A stretch of DNA of 32,000 nt from Escherichia coli (lineage in GTDB: Bacteria > Pseudomonadota > Gammaproteobacteria > Enterobacterales > Enterobacteriaceae): NCBI RefSeq assembly GCF_049197925.2, contig NZ_CM137833.1. One strand, written 5' to 3'. Under the pieces are notes generated by a model. The model saw nothing but the letters and a program-made list of their open reading frames with translations, did not search any database and was not told the DNA's origin. Below, piece by piece: positions 29,861-32,000 of this stretch. Both the position numbers and the translations under genes were made by a program. Positions within the stretch are counted from its first letter, which is position 1. Each line of letters opens with the position of its first letter.

Positions 29861-29882
29861 GTAATGTTATATTGTAACATAT
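29861..29882. promoter_or_regulatory. probable Zur box in the zinT promoter
   Basis: gtaATGTTATAtTGTAACATat is an imperfect palindrome (atgttata / tgtaacat) about 35 nt upstream of the zinT start. It resembles the Zur consensus GAAATGTTATANTATAACATTTC, and zinT is a known Zur regulon member. Confidence 0.6.
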
Positions 29883-30004
29883 AGCAAAATGCAACAACTC
29901 TTAGGAAACGAGAGCATGGCTTTCTCAGTTCTACTTATCTATCTTATTGAAATAAAATAAATTATTTTGGTGATTTGAGGTTGATGACAAACGAAACATA
30001 ACCT

Positions 30005-30055
30005 GATGCGATCTGTGTATGCCGGATAGGGCGCTCGCGCCACATCCGGCAGGGA
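30005..30055. repeat. REP (repetitive extragenic palindromic) element
   Basis: gccggatagggcgctcgcgccacatccggc (30021-30050) is a GC-rich imperfect palindrome with the GCCGGAT...ATCCGGC arms typical of E. coli REP. It is intergenic between zinT and msrQ. Confidence 0.7.
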
Positions 30056-30083
30056 TAACGCGTACTTTGTCGGCAATATGAAG

Positions 30084-30719
30084 TTATACAGATAATTTGT
30101 TGTGAACCTGCTTGCGTAACCGGTTAAAAAGGGAACGCAACTTCTTATACCGTAAGGCTAAAAGCAGTACAGCCAGCCCAGCGTAGATGAGCGGCTGCGG
30201 TGAAATAATCTTCACGGACCACAGATAATGTATTGGGGCCAGAATCGCGACAAGATAGACGAAATTATGCAACTGTTGCCAGTGCTTGCCGAGTTTTCGC
30301 TGCATCGCCTGGGTTGAAGTAAACGCTAAAGCAAGCAAAATAACCCAGCTGATAATTCCTAACGTTAAATAAGGCCGGGTAATTAACTCCTTGCCTAATA
30401 ACGCCAGATTATTCACGCCCAGCTCCAGCAATGCGTAACTGGTTAAATGCAGTGTCGCCCAGGCAAAGCACCATAAGCCTAACAGGCGGCGAGTGCGTAT
30501 CAATAACGGCTGTTTTGCGTAGCGTGCCAGAGGTGTGATTAACAAGGTCGCCAGCAAAAATTTCAGTGCAGTGCGACCGGTAAAATGCTGAATATCTTTC
30601 ACCGGATCGGCACCCAGTCCACCGTGATTGATCGCCCAGACCAGCCAGAGAAACGGCAACAATCCGGCAAGATGCAGGCAAACTTTCAGCCATGTCACCT
30701 GTTTTACTGTCAGACGCAT
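30084..30719 (-). CDS. msrQ: heme-binding membrane subunit of the periplasmic methionine sulfoxide reductase system
   Basis: 211 aa, 6-TM, FRD-like domain ([25 protein letters not shown]...). It directly abuts msrP: the msrP stop is at 30720-30722 and the msrQ ATG is at 30717-30719. Confidence 0.9.
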   Translation of the reverse strand: MRLTVKQVTWLKVCLHLAGLLPFLWLVWAINHGGLGADPVKDIQHFTGRTALKFLLATLLITPLARYAKQPLLIRTRRLLGLWCFAWATLHLTSYALLELGVNNLALLGKELITRPYLTLGIISWVILLALAFTSTQAMQRKLGKHWQQLHNFVYLVAILAPIHYLWSVKIISPQPLIYAGLAVLLLALRYKKLRSLFNRLRKQVHNKLSV

Positions 30720-31730
<1,011 letters not shown>

Positions 31731-31832
31731 TCACACTTTTTTGTCGTTAGCCAGCAAGAGCCGTTTACTGTTAATCTGTCAGGGAGTGTCCTCCCTAACA
31801 GTAGCAGAGATCTGCTTTTACATATTTATGCA

Positions 31833-32000
31833 TTAACTGCCACGATAGGTTGAATACCCATATTGGCTAAGTAATAAAGGCACATGATAATGCTCGTTCA
31901 CTTTATTAATATGAAATTCAACGGGGATCTCAGGGAAGAAACTTTCAAGATTTTGTTTCTTGAAATAGTCCCCGGTTTTAAATACGACACGGTAATCGCC
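31833..32000 (-). CDS. hiuH: 5-hydroxyisourate hydrolase (transthyretin-like), C-terminal part (5' end outside the window)
   Basis: Not in the ORF track. The minus-strand frame is open from the window edge and translates as [55 protein letters not shown]. The YSTYRGS C-terminus is the transthyretin-related protein signature. The gene lies upstream of msrPQ as in K-12. Confidence 0.8.

Overview
This window is an Escherichia coli-type chromosomal segment. I recognise the gene order from memory of K-12, read here in reverse orientation: yeeO (3' end) - asnW - yeeN - amn - shiA - yeeL - yeeJ - asnT - mtfA - serU - yodB - zinT - msrQ - msrP - hiuH (3' end). The exception is an 11.7-kb insertion (12549-24268) that splits the coding sequence of the giant inverse-autotransporter adhesin gene yeeJ. 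A CT dinucleotide sits at both junctions. The insertion has the gene order of a filamentous (inovirus-like) prophage, all on the + strand: rolling-circle Rep, a putative ssDNA-binding protein, two tiny hydrophobic proteins, a major coat protein followed by a terminator, a Gly-rich adsorption protein, a pVI-like protein, a Zot/pI-like NTPase and a pIV-like secretin. It also carries a TraX-like membrane protein, a 3 x 339-bp structured tandem repeat, and an AT-rich right-end module with two small minus-strand genes. Its first gene is an IS110-family DEDD/Ser recombinase preceded by a 188-nt non-coding leader. That leader contains short segments that match the reconstructed empty yeeJ site on both sides of the CT core, and a segment that matches the element's own left terminus. 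This is the arrangement expected for an IS110 bridge RNA. I therefore propose that an RNA-guided IS110-type recombinase integrated the whole phage genome into yeeJ. This is inference from sequence and memory only; no database search, folding or skew calculation was run. yeeJ also carries an apparent 1-nt frameshift near its 5' end and a 609-bp tandem duplication of Ig-like repeats. The rest of the window is ordinary core genome.
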